Shown here piece after piece: positions 9,480 through 19,232 of a DNA stretch of 64,000 nucleotides. The position numbers were made by a program, and so were the translations under genes. Position 1 is the first letter of the stretch. Every line of letters starts with the position of its first letter. The stretch lies in assembly GCA_963769935.1 (NCBI GenBank), contig CAVYNY010000014.1, forward strand, positions 64,001 to 128,000. Reading direction: 5' to 3'. The notes below the pieces were generated by a model that searched no databases, had not been told where the DNA came from, and worked only from the letters and a program-made list of their open reading frames with translations. Source of the DNA: an uncultured delta proteobacterium. GTDB taxonomy: Bacteria; Desulfobacterota; Desulfobacteria; Desulfobacterales; JAFDCJ01.

Positions 9480-10544
9480 TCATCGCCTGTCAACCAACAC
9501 CTTCTCACCGGGTTTCAGACCGCTGACCACTTCGAGGCGATCATCCGGACCGCGATCTGCCAGGCGCACGAAACGGCGAACCGCTCCCTGTTCGGTTTTC
9601 ACAATCACAAAATCAAGCTGGCCCACATGGGTTACCGCTGCTGCCGGGATGTAAATTCTTTCGACGTACCCGATGGGTATCAACAATCGGCCGAACATTC
9701 CGGGGTATAGACCGGCGCCGCCGGACAGACTCACTTTCACAATAAACGTCCGCGATCCGGGGTCCGCCGATGGAACAATTTCATCCACCACCCCGTCATA
9801 CCGTTTTTTAACGGCATCGATCTCAACCGTGAGGTGCTGATTTTCCTGCAGACCGGAAGCCACGGATTCTCTAACGTTGGATTCCAGGCGAAGCGTTGCG
9901 GGATCATAAAGCCGCAGCACGGGAACCCCTTGCCGGGCGGTATCGCCGGGATCTGCGTAGCGCTCGACGATGCGGCCGTCAATGGGCGATGTCAGTTTGC
10001 TGTAGCTTAGCGAGGTGCGCGCCTCGTCTTCGTGCCGTTTTAAGCGCTCGACCTCCGCCCGGGCGGTGCTCAAGGCCGCCTGAACGCGTTCGCGTTCAGC
10101 CTTGGATACGGCTCCGGGGTCCGCTTGAAAGATCTGCTGCACCCGGTTCGATTCCTTTTCCAGCTGAGTCAACCCAGCGCCGGCGCCAACTGCCGCCTGA
10201 TGCGCCTGATCGACCCGGGCTTGCAGCTCACGAGAATCGAGGGTGACCAGCACCTGCCCGGACTTCACTTCGTCTCCGGCCCAGACCGCGATTGAGGAAA
10301 TCGTGGCGGTAATCAGAGGGGATATCACTGTCTCCACTTTGGCCCGCAGGGTTCCGGTCGCCTGTTCGATGAGCGGCTCTTGAACAGCCTCAACCAGGAA
10401 GGACGTTTCGGTTTCGGCTTTCCCCACCACTTTACCGACTTCAATTGGAATTTTTTTCTCAAAATATCCTGCCAGGTAGGCCATGACGCCTGCCAGCAGC
10501 GCCAGCACAACGATTACCCCTAAAATTTTGGCCGCAATTTTCAC
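9480..10544 (-). CDS. RND efflux periplasmic adaptor (membrane fusion protein)
   Basis: N-terminal TM, lipoyl halves (GDEVKSGQVLVTLD; SPIDGRIVER), coiled coil, PSADPGSRTF. Confidence 0.93.
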   Translation of the reverse strand: MKIAAKILGVIVVLALLAGVMAYLAGYFEKKIPIEVGKVVGKAETETSFLVEAVQEPLIEQATGTLRAKVETVISPLITATISSIAVWAGDEVKSGQVLVTLDSRELQARVDQAHQAAVGAGAGLTQLEKESNRVQQIFQADPGAVSKAERERVQAALSTARAEVERLKRHEDEARTSLSYSKLTSPIDGRIVERYADPGDTARQGVPVLRLYDPATLRLESNVRESVASGLQENQHLTVEIDAVKKRYDGVVDEIVPSADPGSRTFIVKVSLSGGAGLYPGMFGRLLIPIGYVERIYIPAAAVTHVGQLDFVIVKTEQGAVRRFVRLADRGPDDRLEVVSGLKPGEKVLVDRR

Positions 10545-13500
10545 GTTTCGATATTCCTCCCTGCTGGCAGACCGTGTCCCGGTTTATTGGCATATACCAG
10601 GTTGTAAAGGATTGGAATTACGAACAAAGTAAACATGGTCGAAGCAGCAATGCCGAAAATAATGGCCCATGCCAGGCCGCTGAAGATCGGATCCAGCGTG
10701 ATTACCAGATTGCCGAGCAGGGTGGTGCCGGCCGTTAGAAAAATCGGCCGCATTCGCACCGCTCCGGCCTGCAGCAGGGCGTCATGCAGCGATTTGCCCT
10801 CTGTGAGGGCCAGGTGGATAAATTCGACCAGAATCAATGAATTTCGGACCACGATACCGGCCAGGGCAATCATGCCGATCATGGCCGTTGCCGTAAAAAG
10901 AATCGGGTTGGGAAAGCCGTCCACCAGGCGATCGCCGATTTGATTCAACAGCCAGAATCCCGGCATGATACCGATGATGGAAAGCGGTATGGCCAGCATG
11001 ATAATAAGGGTGATCACCGACCGGCCGGTTTGAAGACGCAACACGATAAAAATACCCAGCAGCGCCGCCGCAAAGGCAATCCCCAGGTCGCGGAACACCC
11101 GCAGCGTGATCTGCCATTCACCTTCACCGTTCCAGACGGCGGTGATGTCATCGGGCAGGGTCCACGCCAGGCCGCCGCCCGGGTTGAGGTAGGTGCGCCG
11201 TTTCAGTTCTTTCGGCCGGCTGTCTTGCCTGTGGCTGTTCAGGTCGGCGCTCACATCCTGCACGATCTCCGCCGGCGGCCGTCCGGCGACATCCGCAAAG
11301 ACGTAGACCACCGGCCGCAGATTTTTGTGATGAATCACCTTTTCCTGCACGGTATGTTGGATCGCACCGAGCTCAGCCAGGGGAACGATCGGCTGGGGGG
11401 CATCCCGCAAGCCGGATTTTTCGCGTATTTTGGTGATTCCCGGCCGGCCTTTGACATACAGACTCGCCAGGGCATTCGGGGCACTGCGGACGTCAAAAGG
11501 AAGCCGCAGGACCACAGGCAGAGGATTGACCTCGCGCGCGATCTGGAGATAGCCCGCCACCAGGCCGTGGTTGGCAAGCATGATGGTCTTGGCGATATCA
11601 TCGGTCCCGATGCCGGAGAGTGCGGCTTTTTCTTTGTCGGGCACAAAGATGATTTTTTGCTGATCGTCTTCGACGGAAGTATCCACATCCACCACCAGCG
11701 GCTCGCTGCGCAGACGGTTCTCGAGGCGCCCGGCGGCCTGCTGCAGCGCACTGTAAGGCGTGGCTTCATCCCCGTACAGCTCCACGGTAATTGTTGAAAT
11801 CACCGGCGGTCCCGGCGGAACTTCGACCAGTTTAATACGGGCGTTTGAACCTGCGGCAATTGCCTCCAAATCCCGTCGAATGCGCAGCAACAGCGTGTGG
11901 GACTGTTGGGATCGGCGTTGACGCCCGGCTAAAGTGACGCGAATATCGGCATAGTGCGCACCTTCGCGCAGGAAGTAATGCCGCACCATACCGTTGAAAT
12001 CCATGGGTGAGGGCGCTCCCACAAAGGCTGTAAAGTCGCGCACTTCGGGCACCGTGCGCAGGTAGGTGCCCAGGGCGGCAACAACGCCCTGAGTTCGTTC
12101 AAGAGTGGTACCTTCAGGCATGTCGACCACGAGCTGGAACTCATCTTTGTTGTCGTAGGGCAAAAGCTTGAGCGGTACCAGCCGCAGGGCGGGAAACAAC
12201 ATGGAAACCAGAAACAGCACGAATATAATCGCCAAAAATATCCAGGAACGCCGGCGGGTGTGAAGCAACGGTTCCAGCAGCGCAGCATAGACGCGGTACA
12301 ACCCGGTGGCGGCGATATCATAGCCGGCGGGTTCCGGCGCCGGCTTCAGGAGCTTGAAAGAAAGCCAGGGAGTCACCAGAAAGGCCACCACCGTGCTGAC
12401 GGTCACGCTCACCGGTACATTAAACGCCATCGGCGCCATGTAGGGACCCATCATCCCGGTTATAAAACGCAAGGGGGCAAAGGCGAGGATGATGGCGATG
12501 GTGGACATGATCAACGCCCAGCGGATCTCGCCGATCGCCATAACCACACTGCGAGCTCGCGGGTATCGGCCCGCTCTCAGATAGCGCTCGATATTGTCAA
12601 CTCCCGTGATGGGGTCATCTACCAGCAGACCCAGCGCCAGAATGAGAGCAAACAGGGTTACCCGGTTGATGGTGTAGCCGGCAAAAAAATCAAGGCCCAG
12701 GGTAATGCCATAGCAGATTGGAACCGCCAGTCCCACCACCAGCGCCGCCCGCCAGCCCAGAAAAATCCAGATAAAGACCGTTACGGTGAGCACCGCCGCC
12801 AGCAGACTGGAGACGAGATTATTGATTTTATCGTCGGCGGTCTGGCCGTAGTTTCGGATGATCCGGTAATGGACTTCCGGCGGGAAAATGTTTCGTTTGA
12901 GTTTGGCAAAATAATCCTCCACCTCTTTGGCCACCCAAACCGCATTGGCGCCTTTTTTCTTGGCGATGGATATGGCCACCGCCGGGTAAACATTCGAGTA
13001 GTCCGGCAACAGACGGGAGGCCTGACCAAATCCAATCCAGGTATAGCTGGTCGGTTCGGCCGGGCCGTCGATAACGCGGGCGACATCAGCCAGATATACA
13101 GGGGCACCGTCAACGACGCCGATCACCAGCTTTTCAAGCTCTTTGGCGTTGCGGATAAACTCGCCGGCTTCCACCACCAGCGCCTGATCCAGGATCTGAA
13201 CCTCACCGGCCGGCAGCAGCTTGTTGGACACATCAATCGCCCAGGCCACCTCCAGGGGAGCGATTCGTCGTGCCGCCAGAGCAGCTGGATCCAGTTCAAC
13301 CCGGATTTGCCGCGGGCGCCCGCCCGTAACCTTCAGCTTGTTGGTGTTTTTAATGGACTGCAGGTCATGTTCTATCTCCTCGGCCAATCGCCGCAGCTCG
13401 GGATCACCGGTTAAGTCGGCGTTATCGCTCCATAAAACCGCAACCACGATCGGAACATCATCGATTTCAACCGGTTTAACCACCCAGGCCTGAACGGATT

Positions 13501-13894
13501 GCGGAATCTGATCCGTATCCGAGTAAAGCTTGTTATAAATTTTAACCAGCGAGGCAACCCGGTCCTGTCCCACAAAAAAGCGCACCGTTACCACACAGCG
13601 TCCCGGCCGGGACATCGAATATACGTATTCGACCCCATCGATCTGGTAAAGGAGTTTTTCGAGCGGGGTGGCAATCTGACGCTCGACCTGCTCGGCACTG
13701 AGCCCGGGCGCAGCGACAAATACATCCGCCAGAGGAACAACGATCTGCGGCTCTTCTTCCCGGGGGGTGATCAGCAGCGCCACGATGCCCGCCACCAGTG
13801 CCGCCAGCAGCAGCAGCAGCGGCAGCGGACCCTGCATGGTAGCGGTGAGCATGCGCGACAGCCAGTCCGGACTTGGGGGAGAAGTCTCTGCCAT
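10541..13894 (-). CDS. RND efflux permease (AcrB/AcrD/AcrF family)
   Basis: 1117 aa; PREEEPQI, LGLLVDD, GIVVRNSLILVEF, RMRPIFLT; stop overlaps the adaptor start. Confidence 0.95.
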   Translation of the reverse strand: MAETSPPSPDWLSRMLTATMQGPLPLLLLLAALVAGIVALLITPREEEPQIVVPLADVFVAAPGLSAEQVERQIATPLEKLLYQIDGVEYVYSMSRPGRCVVTVRFFVGQDRVASLVKIYNKLYSDTDQIPQSVQAWVVKPVEIDDVPIVVAVLWSDNADLTGDPELRRLAEEIEHDLQSIKNTNKLKVTGGRPRQIRVELDPAALAARRIAPLEVAWAIDVSNKLLPAGEVQILDQALVVEAGEFIRNAKELEKLVIGVVDGAPVYLADVARVIDGPAEPTSYTWIGFGQASRLLPDYSNVYPAVAISIAKKKGANAVWVAKEVEDYFAKLKRNIFPPEVHYRIIRNYGQTADDKINNLVSSLLAAVLTVTVFIWIFLGWRAALVVGLAVPICYGITLGLDFFAGYTINRVTLFALILALGLLVDDPITGVDNIERYLRAGRYPRARSVVMAIGEIRWALIMSTIAIILAFAPLRFITGMMGPYMAPMAFNVPVSVTVSTVVAFLVTPWLSFKLLKPAPEPAGYDIAATGLYRVYAALLEPLLHTRRRSWIFLAIIFVLFLVSMLFPALRLVPLKLLPYDNKDEFQLVVDMPEGTTLERTQGVVAALGTYLRTVPEVRDFTAFVGAPSPMDFNGMVRHYFLREGAHYADIRVTLAGRQRRSQQSHTLLLRIRRDLEAIAAGSNARIKLVEVPPGPPVISTITVELYGDEATPYSALQQAAGRLENRLRSEPLVVDVDTSVEDDQQKIIFVPDKEKAALSGIGTDDIAKTIMLANHGLVAGYLQIAREVNPLPVVLRLPFDVRSAPNALASLYVKGRPGITKIREKSGLRDAPQPIVPLAELGAIQHTVQEKVIHHKNLRPVVYVFADVAGRPPAEIVQDVSADLNSHRQDSRPKELKRRTYLNPGGGLAWTLPDDITAVWNGEGEWQITLRVFRDLGIAFAAALLGIFIVLRLQTGRSVITLIIMLAIPLSIIGIMPGFWLLNQIGDRLVDGFPNPILFTATAMIGMIALAGIVVRNSLILVEFIHLALTEGKSLHDALLQAGAVRMRPIFLTAGTTLLGNLVITLDPIFSGLAWAIIFGIAASTMFTLFVIPILYNLVYANKPGHGLPAGRNIET

Positions 13895-13957
13895 AATGGA
13901 TCGATATATATCTATATAAGGTTTCGGGTCTCGGGGGTCAGTGGTCAGGACCAGCGC

Positions 13958-14193
13958 AAATCAAAATCACAAATTCCAAATAACAAATCTCAAATAAAAT
14001 ACAATCACCAAAATTCAAAATTCCAAAAAGGACTTCATCTGTGTTGGTCCTCGCTTCAGATAAGTAACCCATTCTTTTATCAAGAAATCACGAAGTCATA
14101 TAACAGCTATAATTTCTTGATTTGGCCGATTTTGGTCATTGATTATTGTGATTTGAGATTTATTTGTTATTTGGTGCTTGAAATTTGGAATTT
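13958..14193. repeat. Heptamer-based inverted-repeat element
   Basis: Left arm of AAATCAC/AAATTCC/AAATAAC/AAATCTC units; right arm of complementary GATTT/TATTT/AATTT units. Confidence 0.75.
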
Positions 14194-14286
14194 ATAACCT
14201 GCCGAAAGTGGTTTGTTATTCGTTTTCCGCCTCCTGAGAATTGACATGACATCCGTCTTGTTTTCATGAAGTTTCACATGTCAAGT

Positions 14287-15858
14287 TCATTCCCTGATCT
14301 CCACTTTACCGGCGAGATAATGCTTCACTTCGCCAATAGAAATTTCGCGGCGGTGGAAAATTCCGGCCGCCAGCGCCGACTCGGCCTCGGTGGCGGTGAA
14401 GACCTCCTGGAAATGTTCCACGCGCCCGGCCCCGCTCGAAGCGATGACCGGAATGGATACCGCCCTGGTCACGGCATTGATCAATTCAATGTCAAAGCCC
14501 TGACGGGTGCCGTCGCGGTCGATGCAGTTGAGCAAAATCTCCCCGGCGCCCAGCTTTTCACAAATCATAGCCAGCGTAATGGCGTCCAGGCGGCGTCCTT
14601 CCCGGCCGCCCTTGATGGTGCATTGGTACCAGCAGTACTGTTCATTGTCGGGTCCCGGGACCGCTGTGTTAATAACCTGATGCGTAACTTCAGCGGGTGA
14701 TTTTACATATACTCGGCGCGGATCAATGGAGACGACCACCGCCTGATTGCCGTACACGCGGGATATTTCTTCGATGGAGCTGCAGCCGGTCGGCCGGCCG
14801 GCGGCCAGATAAGCTTCGGCAACCAGAACAGCGTCGCCACCGATGGAGACCTTATCCGCCCCGGATCGGAAATATTCGGCGGCAACTTCCAGGGCGCTGT
14901 ATCGCCGGCCGTCCTTGTCCTTGTAATCGCGGATTCCGCCGCCGATGGTCAGCGGCACAAATACATTGCGAGAAGTCTGCCTCAAGACTTCCAGCATCGG
15001 CATGTCCTCCAGCGGAAAGTCCCGGAAGCCGGTGATATTCAAAAAGGTGATTTCGTCCGCTCCTTCCTGATAGTACCGCCGGGCCAATTCAACGGGTTGG
15101 CCGAGATTTCTGACATTTCCATCCTCCCGGACCTCATATTGATCACCCTTGGTGACCACCAGATCTCCCCGGTCGTTCGAGCGCACGTCAAGGCAGGCAA
15201 TAATCCGTTTGGCCAGGGTCGTGTTGGTTGCCGACTGGACGGGAATGACCGGTTGGCCGGCGAATTCAATAAAATTTTGCAAAATACGAAGCCCGGCCCG
15301 GCCGCTTTTTTCCGGGTGAAACTGGGTGGCAATGATATTGCCCTTCTGAATGCTGCTGACGAATTCGTATCCGTAGTCGGTGGTCGTCAGGACAACTCCT
15401 TCATCTTCGACAACCACGTGATAGGAATGGACAAAGTAAAATTTTTCCCTGCCGTTGAGCCCGGCAAAAATCCGCGACGGCTGTTTAAAACTGAGCCCGT
15501 TCCAACCGATGTGCGGCACTGAGAGATCGATGTCGAAGCGTTTCACGGAACCGGCTATCAGTCCCAGACCGCTCATCCCAGGGGCCTCCGCACTGTGATC
15601 GAAAAGGGCCTGCAATCCCAGGCAGATCCCCAGAAACGGGCGGTTCGCATTGATATACGCTTTCAAGGGTTTGACGAATTCTTTTGCGTGCAGGATAGTT
15701 ATCATGCTGCCGAAAGCACCCACCCCGGGAAAAACAAGCTTATCTGCAGCCAGGATATCCTCTCCGCGGGTGACGATTTTGACCGTCTCCCCCAGATTTT
15801 CGATGGCATTGATAACGCTTCTGACGTTGCCTGCCCCGTAATCCAATAACGTGATCAT
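14287..15858 (-). CDS. hisHF: Bifunctional imidazole glycerol phosphate synthase (HisH-HisF fusion, His7-like)
   Basis: Glutaminase domain (DYGAGN, GICLG, QFHPEKSG) fused to the cyclase (RIIACLDVRSNDRGDLVVTKGDQY, GADEI, IASSGAG). Confidence 0.95.
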   Translation of the reverse strand: MITLLDYGAGNVRSVINAIENLGETVKIVTRGEDILAADKLVFPGVGAFGSMITILHAKEFVKPLKAYINANRPFLGICLGLQALFDHSAEAPGMSGLGLIAGSVKRFDIDLSVPHIGWNGLSFKQPSRIFAGLNGREKFYFVHSYHVVVEDEGVVLTTTDYGYEFVSSIQKGNIIATQFHPEKSGRAGLRILQNFIEFAGQPVIPVQSATNTTLAKRIIACLDVRSNDRGDLVVTKGDQYEVREDGNVRNLGQPVELARRYYQEGADEITFLNITGFRDFPLEDMPMLEVLRQTSRNVFVPLTIGGGIRDYKDKDGRRYSALEVAAEYFRSGADKVSIGGDAVLVAEAYLAAGRPTGCSSIEEISRVYGNQAVVVSIDPRRVYVKSPAEVTHQVINTAVPGPDNEQYCWYQCTIKGGREGRRLDAITLAMICEKLGAGEILLNCIDRDGTRQGFDIELINAVTRAVSIPVIASSGAGRVEHFQEVFTATEAESALAAGIFHRREISIGEVKHYLAGKVEIRE

Positions 15859-16441
15859 TTTTTACCTGTCAATCCCCCAACCCGAACGAGCCGGAATTGA
15901 ATATTGCATATTGCAAATTGTATAAAACAACGCGCTTTTACATCACAAATGGGAACATTTCAATTCACTGGAGTGGCACAACATGGTGACGTCAAAGTAA
16001 CTCCTAAACCATTAGCGTCAGAAGGTTTTACAAAACTTTAAAATTGCCCTAACCGGAATATCTATAAAATTGCTGATATCATTTAAGCCATGCTAATTTC
16101 AATAGTTTCTCACAATTAAATAATAAATAATTGTAATAGGTCTATAAAAAAATTCGAACAAATCATTTGTTTTATTCAACGCAAAAATGACTATAATTCG
16201 CTTGACTTACCACCTGGAGCTTATCACATCTGTAATGAAAAGAACTGCGGTGATTCCGGGGGCAACAGATGTGAACACCGGAGATCCGTATATTCTGCGA
16301 CCAATTCTAGAGCATATCACAAATTTAGCTGAGGTTTAGATTATCTTAATGTTGTAATTTCGATGATTCTGTTTTAGAGAAAAGAAAAGTATCTTATTTT
16401 ATCGCTGACTATTAAACATTAAATGTTAGGAATATTTAAAA

Positions 16442-17026
16442 ATGACGACATCGGATCACTTTGTTTTTTGTTGCCCTGATAATATCGAAACAGACCTATT
16501 TGAAGAATTAAAACTAACGGCAAAAAACTCTAATATAAAATTCAATTTTCGCCGTGGCGGTCTGATTATAGCCGACTCTCCCGGACCTATAATTTTCACG
16601 GGATTCTTGGTATACTTGATGAGACCATATTTTGATGAGTTCCTTAAGGAGGCTGGAAAGGATCACTACAATATTCTTAAAAATATTATCAAGAGACTTT
16701 ATGATAAAATTAGATCTAAAAATCAATTACGGCGGGAAGATGGTCAACGTTTTGGCATTCGTGTTGATATTCAATCACCACTTTATTCACTATATTTTAG
16801 AATTCCAGAAGATAAAAATTCAAGCGAGTATGAAAACATTTTCAATAGCTTATTTGAAAAGGTTAGATTCTATATGGATAGATGTAAAGAATATGAGCAA
16901 ACAGATGTAATTATACCAGAACTTGAAAAGATGAGAGCTTATAAACTAGTATATAATGACAAAAACGGGGATTGGGATTTAATTTGCTCACAAAATTCTT
17001 TACAAAAAAATTCTTTAAAAGACTAA
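16442..17026 (+). CDS. Hypothetical protein, AT-rich (probably foreign)
   Basis: 194-aa ORF, markedly AT-rich relative to its flanks; no family recognised. Confidence 0.7.
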   Translation: MTTSDHFVFCCPDNIETDLFEELKLTAKNSNIKFNFRRGGLIIADSPGPIIFTGFLVYLMRPYFDEFLKEAGKDHYNILKNIIKRLYDKIRSKNQLRREDGQRFGIRVDIQSPLYSLYFRIPEDKNSSEYENIFNSLFEKVRFYMDRCKEYEQTDVIIPELEKMRAYKLVYNDKNGDWDLICSQNSLQKNSLKD

Positions 17027-17089
17027 GCTCCTAAGATCAGCCTTCGCGAGGCGACCCGATACCTCGCGCCCTTGAGCAATGCGTTAAGT
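17021..17089 (-). mobile_element. Degenerate attC-like integron recombination site
   Basis: Minus strand: ACTTAAC (RYYYAAC) GCATT GCTCAAG GG CGCGAGG-loop-CCTCGCG AA GGCTGATC TTAGGA GCTTAGTC (damaged GTTRRRY). Confidence 0.5.
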
Positions 17090-17098
17090 TATTTTGTT

Positions 17099-17695
17099 TT
17101 ACACAACCAGAGGGTAAACTTTATTCAAAAAATAAGCGCAGTCATCACAAAATTGTATGCCTCTTCCGTCTACAATAATTTTGACATACCCTTTGGATCC
17201 AAATTTATTATATTCGCCTCTGCTCATCGGGCATAACAATCCATCCCGTGCTATTTTATAGGAATAATGATCCGTAAGGCCGAAATTATGCCCAACTTCA
17301 TGCAGCGATACTTTCAGCGTCCTGTCGATAAAGAGGTCATACTCCATGTCGGAGGTCATAGTTTGGGGAGTAAGTTTCTTCGTGGAAACAATCGCTACAT
17401 TGTTTTTAGGATTTTTACCACCAAAAATAGAATTGTAAAACTCGTCCTTATCCTTTGTTTTTAAATCCGCATCGGTAATTCCTAAAGTATGTCCCCCGTA
17501 TTCTTCGTGAAGGATCATCGTCAAAAGCTGTGCATCAATGCTTTCAACAACGGGGGAATCATAATGAGTTAGGTCAATATCCTTGATTATGCCGCTAAAT
17601 GAATCCAGTATTCCGGCCCCTATTTTTTTAAGGCTGCTGTAAGTTATATAGCTGCCGATACGCACAATTTTTAATTTGGATCCGATTCTTAGCAT
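17099..17695 (-). CDS. Archaemetzincin-like zinc metalloprotease
   Basis: IDAQLL, LGITDADL, IFG, VAIVST, HEVGHNFGLTDH, CPM Met-turn, FCDDC. Confidence 0.8.
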   Translation of the reverse strand: MLRIGSKLKIVRIGSYITYSSLKKIGAGILDSFSGIIKDIDLTHYDSPVVESIDAQLLTMILHEEYGGHTLGITDADLKTKDKDEFYNSIFGGKNPKNNVAIVSTKKLTPQTMTSDMEYDLFIDRTLKVSLHEVGHNFGLTDHYSYKIARDGLLCPMSRGEYNKFGSKGYVKIIVDGRGIQFCDDCAYFLNKVYPLVV

Positions 17696-17701
17696 AATAT
17701 A

Positions 17702-17730
17702 AATATATTAGAACTATCAGGAGCTGTCAA
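17702..17730 (-). promoter_or_regulatory. Sigma70 promoter, likely leaderless transcript
   Basis: TTGACA-N17-TATATT ending 6 nt before ATG 17695; no SD. Confidence 0.55.
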
Positions 17731-17784
17731 ACCGCATCACTGTATTAAAATTTAAAATCGAACTGGTAAATGTCAATAAAATCA

Positions 17785-17800
17785 TGCAAAAAACATGCCT
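17785..17800 (-). promoter_or_regulatory. Sigma54-like promoter
   Basis: AGGCAT-GTTTT-TTGCA on the minus strand upstream of the metalloprotease. Confidence 0.45.
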
Positions 17801-18071
17801 GTATAGCCAGATAAATATTTGTTGTATTTTTTAGAGGTTAGTGGGAAAATCTCACGCGGCTGTCAAGAACGGTACCGCTGTTCGTCAAAGTTTGGACCCC
17901 AGGTCGTCAAATTCATGCAAAATGGGACCGCTCCGGCGGCAAGACCATTTGAACCGGTTTAAAAAATTCAGGTCTTCGTCAATGCCGGCGGCACCCAACC
18001 TCGGATGGCGAAATATAGGTCTTGAAATCAAATGCGATTCGATCTATTTTCAAATCTGAATGGAGGTCAAT

Positions 18072-18374
18072 ATGGCCGTCAAGATACTGATAAGAAGGCA
18101 TTTTAAGGAAGATGGTGCTGAACGGGCGATGGCCCTGCTCAACAATTTTCGCCGGGATGCCGTGCATCAGCCGGGATACATTTCAGGCGAAACCTGGCGC
18201 AACCATTATGATCCGCGCAGCATAACGGTCGTCTCCACCTGGCAGTCCGTCGACGATTGGATCCGCTGGGAGGAAAGTGAAGCAAGAGCGGCCCACGAAG
18301 CAAAACTGGAGGGTCTGCTGGAGCAATCCGCGAAATTTGAAGTATATGACCTCGGCGCGGTGTCCGAAAGGTAA
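18072..18374 (+). CDS. Antibiotic biosynthesis monooxygenase (ABM) family protein
   Basis: GGAGG RBS; MAVKILIRR, QPGYISGETW, VVSTWQSVDDW. Confidence 0.88.
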   Translation: MAVKILIRRHFKEDGAERAMALLNNFRRDAVHQPGYISGETWRNHYDPRSITVVSTWQSVDDWIRWEESEARAAHEAKLEGLLEQSAKFEVYDLGAVSER

Positions 18375-18436
18375 ATTTTGTCCAACAAGATCTAAACTTT
18401 GAAAATGACAACTTCAAACAGAGGCGGCCTCGTGAG

Positions 18437-19201
18437 ATGTGCAGATTACTGGGAATATACGGTATCGTCGATAACTGGCGGGAAATTGTCATGGCTTTCA
18501 GCCGGCAGGCCGAGACCGGCAATCTTCCCCGGGGCAGCCAAACCGACCCCGGCCATAAAGACGGTTGGGGCATAGCGATTGCCAACCGCAGGCAAACCGC
18601 CATGGTTTCCCTGGTACGTCAGCTGGGTTCCGCGTACGGTTCACCAGGCTACCGCGAAGCCGTGTACGCGCTGCCGGAGCAGCCCGGGATTTTTCTGTGC
18701 CATTTGCGCAAAGCCAGCGACACGATTCCGATTACGCTGTCCAACGTGCACCCGTTTGTACACAATGGCTGGAGCTTTATCCACAATGGAACTGTATACC
18801 AGGCCCAAACCCTTCCCAGGGACCCGCAGCTGGTATTCACTTCGGATGATTCGGACACCGAACATCTTTTTCATTATCTGCTGACTATTATTAAACACCG
18901 TCCCGCCGACAAAACGTTAACCGAAGCCATTGCCGATGCCGTAACGTCATTGAAGCTTGATTACACCGCCGTGAATCTGATGTTGAGCAATGGCCGGGAT
19001 CTATATGTGCTCCGAAACTTCAAACAACATGCCGATTACTACACCCTGTATTATTACAAGCTGGCCGGCGGATTTATCATTTGCTCGCAGCCGATTGAAC
19101 TGCAATGTCTCACCCCGGACCAATGGACTTTAATTGCCAACGGCTCGCTTTTAAAATTTCACGGCAGCCCCCCTCAGATCGAGGAAAATCAAATATTGTA
19201 A
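18437..19201 (+). CDS. Class II glutamine amidotransferase / Ntn hydrolase (EgtC/YafJ-like)
   Basis: MCRLLG (Cys2 nucleophile), HKDGWG, HLRKAS, NVHPF, FIHNG, DSDTE. Confidence 0.92.
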   Translation: MCRLLGIYGIVDNWREIVMAFSRQAETGNLPRGSQTDPGHKDGWGIAIANRRQTAMVSLVRQLGSAYGSPGYREAVYALPEQPGIFLCHLRKASDTIPITLSNVHPFVHNGWSFIHNGTVYQAQTLPRDPQLVFTSDDSDTEHLFHYLLTIIKHRPADKTLTEAIADAVTSLKLDYTAVNLMLSNGRDLYVLRNFKQHADYYTLYYYKLAGGFIICSQPIELQCLTPDQWTLIANGSLLKFHGSPPQIEENQIL

Positions 19202-19232
19202 AGATGTCGGCAGCAACACCGAAAGGACGATC

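Noticed and set aside
10635..13493. Long antisense ORFs over the RND permease, and similar shadow ORFs across the window
   Set aside because: They lie opposite well-supported genes and lack motifs, as expected from codon bias in GC-rich genes.
13499..14197. 232-aa plus-strand ORF
   Set aside because: It is antisense to the RND permease and then runs through heptamer repeats (KSQIPNNKSQI), an artefact of the repeat.
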